Assembly (NCBI GenBank): GCA_051530055.1
Contig: CM121342.1
Coordinates: forward strand, 8,695,480-8,759,479
Reading direction: 5' to 3'
From: Neoechinorhynchus agilis
Taxonomy: Eukaryota > Animalia > Acanthocephala
DNA length: 64,000 nucleotides
A program made the translations under genes and the position numbers. The notes below the pieces were generated by a model. The model had not been told where the DNA came from. It saw only the letters and a program-made list of their open reading frames with translations, and ran no database searches. Positions 15,062 through 28,607 of the stretch are shown here, piece after piece; the first letter of the stretch is position 1, and every line of letters begins with the position of its first letter.

Positions 15062-17185
15062 TCAATTTTCTCCTTGAAAATTGCCTGCATTCTCATCCAA
15101 GCGTTTCGCAGCTTCCTCGTCGACCCGATTATAGTCTTCCAAACTATGTATATAAAACAACTTAGGATCGATTGTTGTTATTGTCCTGAAAAGCAAATCC
15201 TCTGTAACGGGCCTTTCAATACTTTCTTTGATCGCCATTGCAGTTTGGAAAGTATTGGCGATGTCCTTATCGTTTCTGACCCGAATCATCTTCCATTCAC
15301 CTCCCTCGACAACGCATTCGATTATCTTTTCATTGCATTGAAACAATTGAGCCGTGAGTCGAATCCGGGCGAACGGTTCATTGTACTTTCTAACATACAG
15401 AAATCCACCAGAACCGATTTTTCGCTTTTCCATCACGTGGCCAGGAATTACCAATTTGAAGTCGACCGAATTCAGTCGTGGAGGTTTATACTTTAGCAGC
15501 TCGTAAAATGTTCCAAAAATATAAGGCATATAAACGGGCTGAAATATAAGACCGTCTGTCTCATGAGGGAGTTCTCTTTTAAACTTCTCATTCAAAAGAT
15601 GTTTACTGTGTTTGAGGCCGTAAAAATCCTTTCTTCGAATCCCAAACGGTTCTCGACTTCGGTCTATCGCTCCGCATTCCATTGCACGATGACGAGGCAA
15701 AATAATCTCTCTCAAAATGAGTTCCAAGCGTTTATCAAAGTCGAGTTCTTTACCGGCAGGATGCCCGTTGAATGCCAAGACGTCGAATATAAGAAATCGA
15801 GGAATCCGTTTGCCTTCAACTACATCTTCCACCATCTCTCCATCAAGTAAAGTCTGACGAAGATGATCTTTGGTGCCACGTTTCGTCACAAACGTCAGGT
15901 TTCTCACTTTAAAGATTGAATTGCGCCGGTCAATCATATAAATTTCGTTTTTCGCTCGAATTAAACACAAATACCGGGTTCCGTCATCCTTCCAGCTTAC
16001 GCGATAATCCAATTGCCGCAATTTTTGGATATTATTGAGTGTCATTGATACCGGCTGGCTACCGATGAATCCTCTTCCATGACTTTCTGGACAAAGGTCC
16101 TTTATGTTTTGTCGAATTTCGTTGATTTTTCTTCGATCTCTGTCGTATTTTAGTCGATAGATGAACGGAACATCTACCGAGAAGCCCTCTGATAAACCTG
16201 TTGGTTGGTTTACTTCCTCATTCGAACTATCCAGAATGGAAGGATTTGGTTTTTCCGCTAGCGCGTCGATTTTCCTTTTTGATTTAAAATCTGCCGACTT
16301 TGGGTCAACTGCAACCCTTTTTCTACGTGGACTTTGTTCCCGGGTTTTCGAGTCCGTTATTTGCGCCATTCGAATGTGTTCATCCTCCTCTTTAATTATT
16401 TGAGTCTTGAGCGAAGAATTTAACTCAGTTTGATGATCAGCGGACGATTGCGAAACTCTTCGCTTCGACCGAATGCTGTGCTCGTCCGAATCACTTATGG
16501 ATCGTTTTCGTCCACCAGCGATCTTCTTTCTCTTAATATCGGCGATATCGATTACGTCGTTTGCTTCTTGCTTTGATCCATAATTTGTACTGGTTTCGAT
16601 ACTCACGGCTTCTGTCGAATTCTTGGTGGATGCCGGATCCTTGGTATCAATTTTGCGCTTTAATAGCACGCCGGTTCGCCAACTCGAGTACCGTGATCTC
16701 AATCCGTGAATAACTCGAGGAGCTTGAATTCCTGGGGCACGACATCTCCGAAATTCCGCTATGGCACTTCTCAATTTCATTTTCTTCTTTTCAATCAGAT
16801 AAGAAGAAATAAGAAAACCGGATTGATTGTATCCGCGTGTACAATGAACCGCGATGACTGAATTCGGTTTCGATTCCAGAAGGCTATCACAAATCTCCAT
16901 AAATCTGTTTTTGATTTCCTTTCTCGGATAATCCTTGTGTTCGTCGCAAGGCAGACAATAGTGCAATACATTGAAATGATCTGTGAATTCTTTGCTTTGA
17001 TAATATTCTTCGTTATTGATAAGGCTAATGATCCCGGCAATAGATCGATTTTCGGCAATTTGGTGCATCCGGTTAATAGCAATCGCAGGAGTGAATCGTT
17101 TTGCCTCTGGAATGAGCGAATCGTATTGTGACGATAAAGGAGTCTTGCAAACGATAAAGCGGTCATTAATGAGACACGAACTCAT
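15062..17185 (-). CDS. RNGTT: mRNA capping enzyme (RNA triphosphatase + guanylyltransferase), single exon, 707 aa
   Basis: N-terminal DSP-like domain (VHCTRGYNQSGFLI); GTase motifs GSQPVSM, SWKDDGTRY (KxDG), LLDGEMV, FDVL, DGLIFQP, LKYKPP..NSVDF, RVRNDK..AN. Confidence 0.95.
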   Translation of the reverse strand: MSSCLINDRFIVCKTPLSSQYDSLIPEAKRFTPAIAINRMHQIAENRSIAGIISLINNEEYYQSKEFTDHFNVLHYCLPCDEHKDYPRKEIKNRFMEICDSLLESKPNSVIAVHCTRGYNQSGFLISSYLIEKKKMKLRSAIAEFRRCRAPGIQAPRVIHGLRSRYSSWRTGVLLKRKIDTKDPASTKNSTEAVSIETSTNYGSKQEANDVIDIADIKRKKIAGGRKRSISDSDEHSIRSKRRVSQSSADHQTELNSSLKTQIIKEEDEHIRMAQITDSKTREQSPRRKRVAVDPKSADFKSKRKIDALAEKPNPSILDSSNEEVNQPTGLSEGFSVDVPFIYRLKYDRDRRKINEIRQNIKDLCPESHGRGFIGSQPVSMTLNNIQKLRQLDYRVSWKDDGTRYLCLIRAKNEIYMIDRRNSIFKVRNLTFVTKRGTKDHLRQTLLDGEMVEDVVEGKRIPRFLIFDVLAFNGHPAGKELDFDKRLELILREIILPRHRAMECGAIDRSREPFGIRRKDFYGLKHSKHLLNEKFKRELPHETDGLIFQPVYMPYIFGTFYELLKYKPPRLNSVDFKLVIPGHVMEKRKIGSGGFLYVRKYNEPFARIRLTAQLFQCNEKIIECVVEGGEWKMIRVRNDKDIANTFQTAMAIKESIERPVTEDLLFRTITTIDPKLFYIHSLEDYNRVDEEAAKRLDENAGNFQGEN

Positions 17186-19507
17186 CGGTGCTGTATTTAA
17201 CCACTGATGAGGAATTCGTAGAATTGATTTTGGTTGATTAATCGTGATTTTTTTCCGAAGTCATTCTTGATGATTGATAGATATCGTAGACTATTTTTGA
17301 GGATTATAAGATCGTTTTGCTTTACTTGGTCGTTTTTGAAAAGGTTATCTCGGATTGCAAATAAGCAAACATGACGTAAATATTGATTTTGGACTCACAA
17401 ATATTGAAAGAGTATTGTTATTTGGATATTAAGCGTTGAACCACATGAAAGACTTTCTATTATCATTGCTTTGACTCAGTTTAACAAAACAGCAAATTTT
17501 TGGATTTAAGACTTTAACAGAAATTAAGCCCGCATTTTCCAATGAGTACGATGTCTCTGGCCGAATTCGATGATAACGAGCAATTCTTTAGATTTTATTC
17601 GAATAACAAATCAGTTAAAAACGCGTATTATTTGAATAACACGAATTCAGGTTTTGAAAGGCCTTAAAGATCTCATTTGTTAGACCCAGCGAATGTATAG
17701 CGCCCAGCAGATTTGCTGAACAAAGAATCAGACGAATCTTAGGACTTATCATCCCAGGTAATCGTGATAACCACAATCAACTCACAAAAAGGAGGATGAT
17801 CGCCTACTGGCAAGGATTTATGGACTTGTTGCGGAATCTAGGCAGCTAAAATTTATTTAACAGGAAAACCAACTTATTTTAGACTCTTTTAAACCTTTTG
17901 TAATGCCAACAAATGTAAAAGTGGCCAGCGAACGATTAGTGATTGTAATGCCAACACTAAGTTCATCGATAAGCGACGTATTGAAATTAAAAAAAGAAGC
18001 TCCTTCGAAGGGAAGATCAATTAAAAGGATTTAAATAGACTTGTCGAATACATTTAAGAGTGGTCGAAAATCCATCACAGAAGGTAATCGTAAGCCGTCT
18101 TTGAAAGGAAAGAGATCCCCGGCGCATTTGGTTGGGCGTTAATTCCTGTGCTTTTCGATAAAGTTGGATATTCTAACATCAAGACTCTATTTGTCCTCTA
18201 AATCTATAGAATGCTTTAATCGATGTCTTATTAATGATTTTGATTTAATCGCATCCTTATCTTTGCAGCAGTTCGATCTTTTAGTGAAGAATTCAACCTC
18301 GAACACATGACGGTCTCCAAGTCTGCTCATTTTTTGTTTCTAATTCCTATAAACGATTCAATAAGGATAAAATCCAACGGCAAATTGGAATCTTCGTAAG
18401 GGCGACCACTTCTCCGATGGGTTCTGGAGGGTGATTACGAACAAGAAACCGTATCTTCTTCTAATGTGGCAGCCGGCTAACGAAGCCGTGGAATAAATTT
18501 CTTATCAAGTTCTGTGAATTTCTATTAAAACCTTTCCCTTTTATTAGAATGTCGCATGTTCATTACAATAAAATTCGGTAGCACGTTCATTTAAAGGCAA
18601 CGCTTGAGGACGATTTCAGCATCTCCTGATTCTCAATGTATTTGATCATTTCGAAGAAAATCGGCTTGCTCAATTGAATTTTGATCAGTCGGTGGATTGT
18701 CCACTGATTTCTCAACCGCATGTTATCCTTTTCGAATTTATCCAAATTAAGCAACTGAAAAGAAATGCGGCTACAAAATACTAATTAAATAGCCCGTGAG
18801 ATTTTCAGGTTTAAAGGAAATTTCAGTTCAATTCTTCCTTTGGGAGCATCGAGTCCAGTTAGACAAAATGCGAACATCGAATAAATAAAATGACTTTATA
18901 TTTGAATTCCCGACAGTTAAACGCAATGGGTTTTTAGCGTTTCAATTTTTAGGCCATTAATCGATATTTCTGATTGAAAAATAACGATTTTTTTATATAT
19001 TGCCACCTTAAAGTATCGATTTTAAATTTTTATTCGAAGAAGCTTAAAACTGTCCGTCGGTACAATAATAAACATTTTCTATTCAGTACTTTAGAAAACC
19101 CAAGAAAATCGCTTTAAACCTAAGACTTTGAGCAATAAAACAAAGTGACTACTTTTCCCGCATTGATTTATCGATAAAAATACGACGACTAAAAATTTTA
19201 AATGTGCGCCGAATAATAAAACGGACCCGAATTCTGTCGTTTTTTCGTAACTTCCAAAACGCCGTCCGCTTTCTAACGCGCTGCACCCGCATTCCTCGCG
19301 TCGTTCTGTTTTGTTCTCCGGTGAATCGAGCGACTTTGGCGATGGTGGAAAATTGTTTACGTTCGTACCGAGGACGAATGGAAGCGTCTCAATGCAAGTG
19401 AGTAATATTTTGAAATTGTGGGAAATCTCTGTTTTTCCGATTAATTTTCTTGTGGCAGTTTTTTCAAGCTATAATGAGAAATTTCTTTGTTTGAATGGAC
19501 AAAGTTG

Positions 19508-22500
19508 GAGTTCGGCGTGAAGAGCGTCGCAGTTGACGTCGCACTTTTCTTGCTCCTCGTTGCCCAGACTTTTTTGAAATAATTCTCTCACCATCCGCAC
19601 ACTCCGCGACTTACTCCGCAGAGACCGTGGACTTCTCATATGTCGGAGATGTGTAATCCGTACAACAAATACACATTTCTTACGTCATAACTCATCATTT
19701 TTCAATTTTGGATCGTTTTACGACAAAAATTGGTCGAAAACACACATTTTATCCGACTTCAGTTAAATCACCGGAATCGTGCATTTGAAATTGGAATTTT
19801 ATCTACAGAGTTAAGCTGCGTTCATCGTTAGCTTGAGGTCGCGTTCGGCGTGAAGAGCGTCGCAGTTGACGTCGCACTTTTCTTGCTCCTCGTTGCCCAG
19901 ACGTTTTTGAAATAATTCTCTCACCATCCGTAAACTCCGCGACTTACTCCGCGGAGACCGTGGACTTCTCATATGTCGTGGATGTGTAATCCGCACAACA
20001 AATAAACATTTCTTACGTCATAAGACTCATCATTTTTTCAATTTTGGATCGTTTTACGACAAAAATTAGTCGAAAACACACATTTTATTCGACTTCAGTT
20101 TTAAATCACCGGAATCGTCCATTTTAAATTGGAATTTTATCTACGGAGTTAAGCTGCGTTCATCGTTAGTTTGAGGTCGCGTTCGGCGTGAAGAGCGTCG
20201 CAGTTGACGTCGCACTTTTCTTGCTCCTCGTTCCCCAGACCTTTTTGAAATAATTCTCTCACCATCCGCACACTCCGCGACTTACTCCGCAGAGACCGTG
20301 GACTTCTCATATGTCGGGGATGTGTAATCCGTACAACAAATAAACTTTTCTCTTACGTCATAAGACTCATCATTTTTTCAATTTTGAATCGTTTCACGAC
20401 AAAAATTGGTCGAAAACACACACTTTATCCGACTTCAGTTAAATCACCGGAATCGTCCATTTGAAATTGGAATTTTATCTACAGAGTTAAGCTGCGTTCA
20501 TCGTTAGTTTGAGGTCGCGTTCGGCGTGAAGAGCGTCGCAGTTGACGTCGCACTTTTCTGCTCCTCGTTCCCCAGACCTTTTGGAAATAATTCTCTCACC
20601 ATCCGCACACTCCGCGACTTACTCCGCAGAGACCGTGGACTTCTCATATGTCGGGGATGTGTAATCCGCACAACAAATAAACTTTTTCTTACGTCATAAG
20701 ACTCATCATTTTTTCAATTTTGAATCGTTTCACGACGAAAATTAGTCGAAAACACACACTTTATCCGACTTCAGTTAAATCACCGGAATCGTCCATTTGA
20801 AATTGGAATTTTATCTACAGAGTTAAGCTGCGTTCATCGTTAGTTTGAGGTCGCGTTCGGCGTGAAGAGCGTCGCAGTTGACGTCGCACTTTTCTTGCTC
20901 CTCGTTGCCCAGACCTTTTTGAAATAATTCTCTCACCATCCGTACACTCCGCGACTTACTCCGCAGAGACCGTGGACTTCTCATATGTCGGAGATGTGTA
21001 ATCCGTACAACAAATAAACATTTCTTACGTCATAAGACTCATCATTTTTTCAATTTTAGATCGTTTTACGACGAAAATTAGTCGAAAACACACACTTTAT
21101 CCGACTTCAGTTAAATCACCGGAATCGTCCATTTGAAATTGGAATTTTATCTACAGAGTTAAGCTGCGTTCATCGTTAGTTTGAGGTCGCGTTCGGCGTG
21201 AAGAGCGTCGCAGTTGACGTCGCACTTTTCTTGCTCCTCGTTGCCCAGACCTTTTTGAAATAATTCTCTCACCATCCGTAAACTCCGCGACTTACTCCGC
21301 GGAGACCGTGGACTTCTCATATGTCGGGGATGTGTAATCCGTACAACAAATAAACATTTCTTACGTCATAAGACTCATCATTTTTTCAATTTTATATCGT
21401 TTTACGACAAAAATTGGTCGAAAACACACACTTTATCCGACTTCAGTTAAATCACCGGAATCGTCCATTTGAAATTGAATTTTTACCTACAGAGTTAAGC
21501 TGCGTTCATCGTTAGTTTGAGGTCGCGTTCGGCGTGAAGAGCGAAGCAGTGGACGTCGCACTTTTCTTGCTCCTCGTTGCCCAGACCTTTTTGAAATAAT
21601 TCTCTCACCATCCGTAAACTCCGCGACTTACTCCGCGGAGACCGTGGACTTCTCATATGTCGGGGATGTGTAATCCGCACAACAAATAAACTTTTCTTAC
21701 GTCATAAGACTCATCATTTTTTCAATTTTGAATCGTTTCACGACAAAAATTGGTCGAAAACACACACTTTATCCGACTTCAGTTAAATCACCGGAATCGT
21801 CCATTTGAAATTGGAATTTTATCTACAGAGTTAAGCTGCGTTCATCGTTAGTTTGAGGTCGCGTTCGGCGTGAAGAGCGTCGCAGTTGACGTCGCACTTT
21901 TCTTGCTCCTCGTTCCCCAGACCTTTTTGAAATAATTCTCTCACCATCCGCACACTCCGCGACTTACTCCGCAGAGACCGTGGACTTCTCATATGTCGGG
22001 GATGTGTAATCCGCACAACAAATAAACTTTTCTTACGTCATAAGACTCATCATTTTTCTTCAATTTTGAATCGTTTCACGACGAAAATTAGTCGAAACAC
22101 ACACTTTATCCGACTTCAGTTAAATCACCGGAATCGTCCACTTGAAATTGGAATTTTATCTACAGAGTTAAGCTGCGTTCATCGTTAGTTTGAGGTCGCG
22201 TTCGGCGCGGAAGAGCGTCGCAGTTGACGTCGCACTTTTCTTGCTCCTCGTTCCCCAGACCTTTTTGAAATAATTCTCTCACCATCCGCACACTCCGCGA
22301 CTTACTCCGCAGAGACCGTGGACTTCTCATATGTCGGAGATGTGTAATCCGTACAACAAATAAACATTTCTTACGTCATAAGACTCATCATTTTTTCAAT
22401 TTTAGATCGTTTTACGATAAAAATTAGTCGAAAACACACATTTTATTCGACTTTAGTTAAATCACCGGAATCGTCCATTTGAAATTGGAATTTTATCTAC

Positions 22501-25500
22501 AGAGTTAAGCTGCGTTCATCGGTATTTTGAGGTCGCGTTCGGCGTGAAGAGCGTCGCAGTTGACGTCGCACTTTTCTTGCTCCTCGTTGCCCAGACGTTT
22601 TTTAAATAATTCTCTCACCATCCGTAAACTCCGCGACTTACTCCGCGGAGACCGTGGACTTCTCATATGTCGGCGATGCGTAATCCGTACAACAAATAAA
22701 CATTTCTTACGTCATAAGACTCATCATTTTTTCAATTTTGGATCGTTTTACGACAAAAATTGGTCGAAAACACACACTTTATCCGACTTCAGTTAAATCA
22801 CCGGAATCGTCCATTTGAAATTGAATTTTTACCTACAGAGTTAAGCTGCATTCATCGTTAGTTTGAGGTCGCGTCCGGCGTGAAGAGCGTCGCAGTTGAC
22901 GTCGCACTTTTATTGCTCCTCGTTGCCCAGACCTCTTTGAAATAATTCTCTCACCATCTGCACACTCCGCGACTTACTCCGCAGAGACCGTGACTTCTCA
23001 TATGTCGGCGATGCGTAATCCGTACAACAAATAAACATTTCTTACGTCATAAGACTCATCATTTTTTCAATTTTGGATCGTTTTACGACAAAAATTGGTC
23101 GAAAACACACATTTTATCCGACTTCAGTTAAATCACCGGAATCGTGCATTTGAAATTGGAATTTTATCTACAGAGTTAAGCTGCGTTCATCGGTATTTTG
23201 AGGTCGCGTTCGGCGTGAAGAGTGTCGCAGTTGACGTCGCACTTTTCTTGCTCCTCGTTGCCCAGACCTTTTTGAAATAATTCTCTCACCATCCGCACAC
23301 TCCGCGACTTACTCCGCAGAGACCGTGGACTTCTCATATGTCGGGGATGTGTAATCCGTACAACAAATAAACATTTCTTACGTCATAAGACTCATCATTT
23401 TTCAATTTTGGATCGTTTTACGACAAAAATTGGTCGAAAACACACACTTTATCCGACTTCAGTTAAATCACCGGAATCGTCCATTTGAAATTGAATTTTT
23501 ACCTACAGAGTTAAGCTGCGTTCATCGTTAGTTTGAGGTCGCGTTCGGCGTGAAGAACGTCGCAGTTGACGTCGCACTTTTCTTGCTCCTCGTTGCCCAG
23601 ACCTTTTTGAAATAATTCTCTCACCATCCGCACACTCCGCGACTTACTCCGCAGAGACCGTGGACTTCTCATATGTCAGGGATGTGTAATCCGTACAACA
23701 AATAAACATTTCTTACGTCATAAGACTCATCATTTTTTCAATTTTGGATCGTTTTACGACAAAAATTGGTCGAAAACACACATTTTATCCGACTTCAGTT
23801 AAATCACCGGAATCGTGCATTTGAAATTGGAATTTTATCTACAGAGTTAAGCTGCGTTCATCGGTAGTTTGAGGTCGCGTTCGGCGTGAAGAGCGAAGCA
23901 GTGGACGCCGCACTCTTCTTGCTCCTCGTTGCCCAGACCTTTTTGAAATAATTCTCTCACCATCCGTAAACTCCGCGACTTACTCCGCGGAGACCGTGGA
24001 CTTCTCATATGTCGGGGATGTGTAATCCGTACAACAAATAAACATTTCTTACGTCATAAGACTCATCATTTTTTCAATTTTGGATCGTTTTACGACAAAA
24101 ATTGGTCGAAAACACACATTTTATCCGACTTCGGTTAAATCACCGGAATCGTGCATTTGAAATTGGAATTTTATCTACAGAGTTAAGCTGCGTTCATCGT
24201 TAGTTTGAGGTCGCGTTCGGCGTGAAGAGCGTCGCAGTTGACGTCGCACTTTTCTTGCTCCTCGTTCCCCAGACCTTTTTGAAATAATTTTCACCATCCG
24301 CACACTCCGCGACTTACTCCGCAGAGACCGTGGACTTTCATATGTCGGAGATGTGTAATCCGTACAACAAATAAACATTTCTTATGTCATAAGACTCATC
24401 ATTTTTTTTTCAATTTTAGATCGTTTTTTACGACGAAAATTAGTCGAAAACACACATTTTATCCCACTTCAGTTAAATCACCGGAATCGTCCATTTTAAA
24501 TTGGAATTTTATCTACGGAGTTAAGCTGCGTTCATCGGTATTTTGAGGTCGCGTTCGGCGTGAAGAGCGTCGCAATTGACGTCGCACTTTTATTGCTCCT
24601 CGTTGCCCAGACCTTTTTGAAATAATTCTCTCACCATCCGTTCACTCCGCGACTTACTCCGCAGAGACCGTGGACTTCTCATATGTCGGGGATGTGTAAT
24701 CCGTACAACAAATAAACATTTCTTACGTCATAAGACTCATCATTTTTTCAATTTTGGATCGTTTTACGACGAAAATTAGTCGAAAACACACATTTTATCC
24801 CACTTCAGTTAAATCACCGGAATCGTCCATTTTAAATTGGAATTTTATCTACGGAGTTAAGCTGCGTTCATCGGTAGTTTGAGGTCGCGTTCGGCGTGAA
24901 GAGCGAAGCAGTGGACGCCGCACTCTTCTTGCTCCTCGTTGCCCAGACCTTTTTGAAATAATTCTCTCACCATCCGCACACTCCGCGACTTACTCCGCAG
25001 AGACCGTGGACTTCTCATATGTCGGAGATGTGTAATCCGTACAACAAATAAACATTTCTTACGTCATAAGACTCATCATTTTTTCAATTTTAGATCGTTT
25101 TACGACGAAAATTAGTCGAAAACACACATTTTATCCCACTTCAGTTAAATCACCGGAATCGTCCATTTTAAATTGGAATTTTATCTACGGAGTTAAGCTG
25201 CGTTCATCGGTAGTTTGAGGTCGCGTTCGGCGTGAAGAGCGAAGCAGTGGACGCCGCACTCTTCTTGCTCCTCGTTGCCCAGACCTTTTTGAAATAATTC
25301 TCTCACCATCCGTAAACTCCGCGACTTACTCCGCGGAGACCGTGGACTTCTCATATGTCGGGGATGTGTAATCCGTACAACAAATAAACTTTTCTTACGT
25401 TATAAGACTCATCATTTTTTCAATTTTGGATCGTTTTACCACAAAAATTGGTCGAAAACACACATTTTATTCGACTTCAGTTAAATCACCGGAATCGTCC

Positions 25501-25830
25501 ATTTGAAATTGGAATTTTATCTACAGAGTTAAGCTGCGTTCATCGTTAGTTTGAGGTCGCGTTCGGCGTGAAGAGCGTCGCAGTTGACGTCGCACTTTTC
25601 TTGCTCCTCGTTCCCCAGACCTTTTTGAAATAATTCTCTCCCTATCCGCACACCGCGACGTACACCTCAGACACCGTTGAATTCTCGTACGTCGGAGATG
25701 TGTAATCCGTACAACAAATAAACATTTCTTACGTCATAAGACTCATCATTTTTTCAATTTTGGATCATTTTACGACAGAAACGGATCGAAAACACACATT
25801 TTATCCAAATTTGCTTACATCACAACCAAT
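19508..25830. repeat. Satellite array, ~336-bp unit, about 19 copies
   Basis: GAGTTAAGCTGCGTTCATCG recurs every ~336 nt (for example, repeated antisense ORFs at 21495 and 21831). Units are highly similar and the terminal unit is diverged. Confidence 0.98.
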
Positions 25831-25857
25831 GACGTTAGCTTCTCCGCCAGCTCAGAG

Positions 25858-26660
25858 TCAAATCCAAGACAGAGGATCCGCCGAAAGAGTAGATGGGAGC
25901 TTATAAAATTCTAACTTGCCGTTTAACACACTTTCATACGGGCTATGTTGTTGAGAGTTCATTGTTATGGCCGAGCGTAATTCAAGTTGCTGTAGTTGGA
26001 GTTTCACCATTGTATTAGGCTCATGTTTAATGAAAATCCGAACCACAGTTTATGGGAAATCGTTCATCGCATCAACTAATTCCGCCAGAGTCAATAAGTC
26101 GAATGCTATTTGTTCATTTCTATCTGAGAGACCTCCGCCCACCAGCCATGAAGAGTTTGCGACCTGACCGCTTCTCGGAGATACCAACCCAGCCATTCTG
26201 CGATCATCCACACATTAATCGCTTTTATTATTTTATTCTGGTGTCTTTTATTAATTTCAATAGATAAACTGAAGACATAGATGAGCATAGCAACAAAGTA
26301 CAGTATATGCAGGTAAAATCAATGTTGAAAGTTGTCCAGGAAAAAGTTATTTAATTATAAATTAATTTATGATTGTTCTTGTGACGTCTCTCACCCAAAC
26401 ATTTATTTGATCGAATTTTCGAGACTCGCCGGTCTCCTCTTCAGGTCCACCAAAAGCAACAACTTGACCTTATTAATTAATTTATGTTTGATATCCATAA
26501 TCACGGTTGTTTTTCCAAAAATTGAAAAACGAATAACTCAAGAACTATTGCAGCTATTCAAAATCCGAAAACATATTTGGAATCAGCGCGCCAGTTGGCA
26601 CATCTTTCCAGCGATACAATTGGATAAATCATTATTGCTCTCGTTTATGAATTTTGTGTA
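25858..26660 (-). mobile_element. Possible degenerate hAT-type transposase remnant
   Basis: Minus-strand LEFYKLPSTLSADPLSWI loosely resembles the hAT dimerisation-domain DPLxWW motif. Multiple stops are present. Confidence 0.25.
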
Positions 26661-27508
26661 GAGCTGAATAGTCAGATAATTCAGAGTTCCTGTAATTGAA
26701 TTCTATTTATTTATTTATTATCAAGCCCGGCGGGGGCCGAATGTGTCCCAATGCGTTGGAATTGCTGAGGCATGGGCTGCACCCTGAGGCGTTGAAACCC
26801 ATTTCTCTGCGCGTCCGAAACATTTGAAAAGATGCAGCTGCTGGAGAGTTTCATGGAAGCTCGCGACGCGGGTCAACAGCACGTCGATGTGACCATGGCC
26901 CACATATGTTGATGGCAAATACGGAACAAACCGGAGCCAGAAATCATCCCTGTTGGGCCTTCTTTGGACAATGTGTTCACTTCTCCCCGAATCCGACCAG
27001 GTCCTCCTGTACTCAATGGCCGTCCCAAGGGCCTGTAAAGCCAAGTTCGCAAGCCTGGGGTCATACCCATGCACTGCTCTCACCGTCACCCATTTGCCAG
27101 CGACCGTATCTGCATTTTGTACCTCGAAGCCACCCAGAACGATCTTCGCTGATGAGATTTCTGGTGTTGAAAATCCCATTATTGAAGCTACATGCCAAGG
27201 GAGGTAACTCGCCCAGTCTGTAGTGTCATCCACTTGAGTATTCAGGTGCACCAACTCTCTTTGCAGATGCCAGCCCGGAATTGCCTGCTGCCAGCCAGCT
27301 CTCTTGGCCAGTGAATCCGCTACCCGCCCAGTTATGCATCCTTCTTGATTATTGAAATCGCGCAACAGCAACGAATTGGCCACCCTGCCGCCCAATCCCA
27401 TTGACACATGTTGCCATCCTGTACACTGGGTCGCTTCCGCGTAACAGCTCGATAGTATCTATTGATGATTGTTTGATTACCAATCCGACTAAAAGAGAGT
27501 TTATTGAA

Positions 27509-27547
27509 ACACCTAGCTTTCGCCGTCCAACGGCTTCTTCAGGGTGT
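27509..27547 (-). ncRNA. Minimal type I hammerhead ribozyme (Penelope pLTR)
   Basis: Reverse complement reads ACACC CTGAAGA A GCCG-TTGGA-CGGC GAAA GCTA GGTGT: stem I ACACC/GGTGT, palindromic AGCT stem III. Confidence 0.85.
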
Positions 27548-28568
27548 AATCTACAATGCGAGTGAAGTGGAGTGGAAGTTCACATTAGATTCATGACGGC
27601 AGACAACTCATCCTTCTGGTTAATGAGTGTCCTACCGTCCGACCGATGCCCGCTAGAGTCCTCACGATCCCGGGTCTCTCGGGATATGATCAGCGCTTCC
27701 GCTATCGACAGTTCGACGGGATCCTGCGCTTTGTACATTATGCGCGTGGACAGCTGAACTGTTCCATCCGGGTGGACTCGCGAATAATGTTTCGCCCACG
27801 GTGTCGTCACATACGATTGCGCACTTGGGTTCAACGAGTTTCGTACATGCTCGGCCACTCTTTGGCGAAGCGGCCTTTCTGTTTTTCCCACGTACGTGAC
27901 CAAGTGGCCACGGTCAATCCGACACCGTTCACACCGGATCTCGTAGACCACACTGCTCTGATCGCACATCTTCCAGTCACGATCAATGGCTTGCTGACGC
28001 TCCTCGTCCATCCTCGCACCTGCTGCGTATCTGCACATTAGGCACGACCGAGGGCATTCCTGATGATCCTCATGATGCCTCGTTCTCGTCAGCATCCTCC
28101 GCAGCGTTCTACACCCTTTGTGCACAATACGCACATTGAATCCCTCTTGCCTGAGCAGTACTTTGACTCTCTTCGTGAACATTTCACTCACGTACGGAAT
28201 TCGTAGGATCGGCCTATCGTCCTTTCGTTCACTCATGGGTCCACTTCTCGCTGGAATCCTTCGATCTCCTCTGTCGAATATCCGTTGTCCGCGAAGATCT
28301 TATTTACTGCTTCCACCGCTCCACGCTTCGCGTCCCACGACGATGAGCAGGTGGTTGCCGATTTATGCATACCAGCGTATATCGCCGCTTTCATCGCCCA
28401 AGGATGGTGAGAATCTCGGTGCATCACAATCGACTTCCTGCATGGCTTTCGATACCAATTGAAGTTGGACACATCGTCGGATTTGAAGCGGAGATTGAGG
28501 AATGGCAGGTAGTCTGCCGTAATGAATCTCATGTGAAACTCCGCTCCACTTCACTCGCATTGTAGATT

Positions 28569-28607
28569 ACACCCTGAAGAAGCCGTTGGACGGCGAAAGC
28601 TAGGTGT
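28569..28607 (+). ncRNA. Minimal type I hammerhead ribozyme (Penelope pLTR)
   Basis: ACACC CTGAAGA A GCCG TTGGA CGGC GAAA GCTA^GGTGT; predicted cleavage after 28602. Confidence 0.85.

Noticed and set aside
19811-24378. Repeated antisense satellite ORF (MRSPRSPRSKSRS..., protamine-like)
   Set aside because: Inter-unit differences are mostly non-synonymous, several units have frameshifting indels, and the called starts are GTG rather than ATG. There is no sign of coding constraint.
12173-25830. The 137-bp and 336-bp arrays as CRISPR arrays
   Set aside because: There are no unique spacers, whole units repeat, the context is eukaryotic and no cas genes are present.
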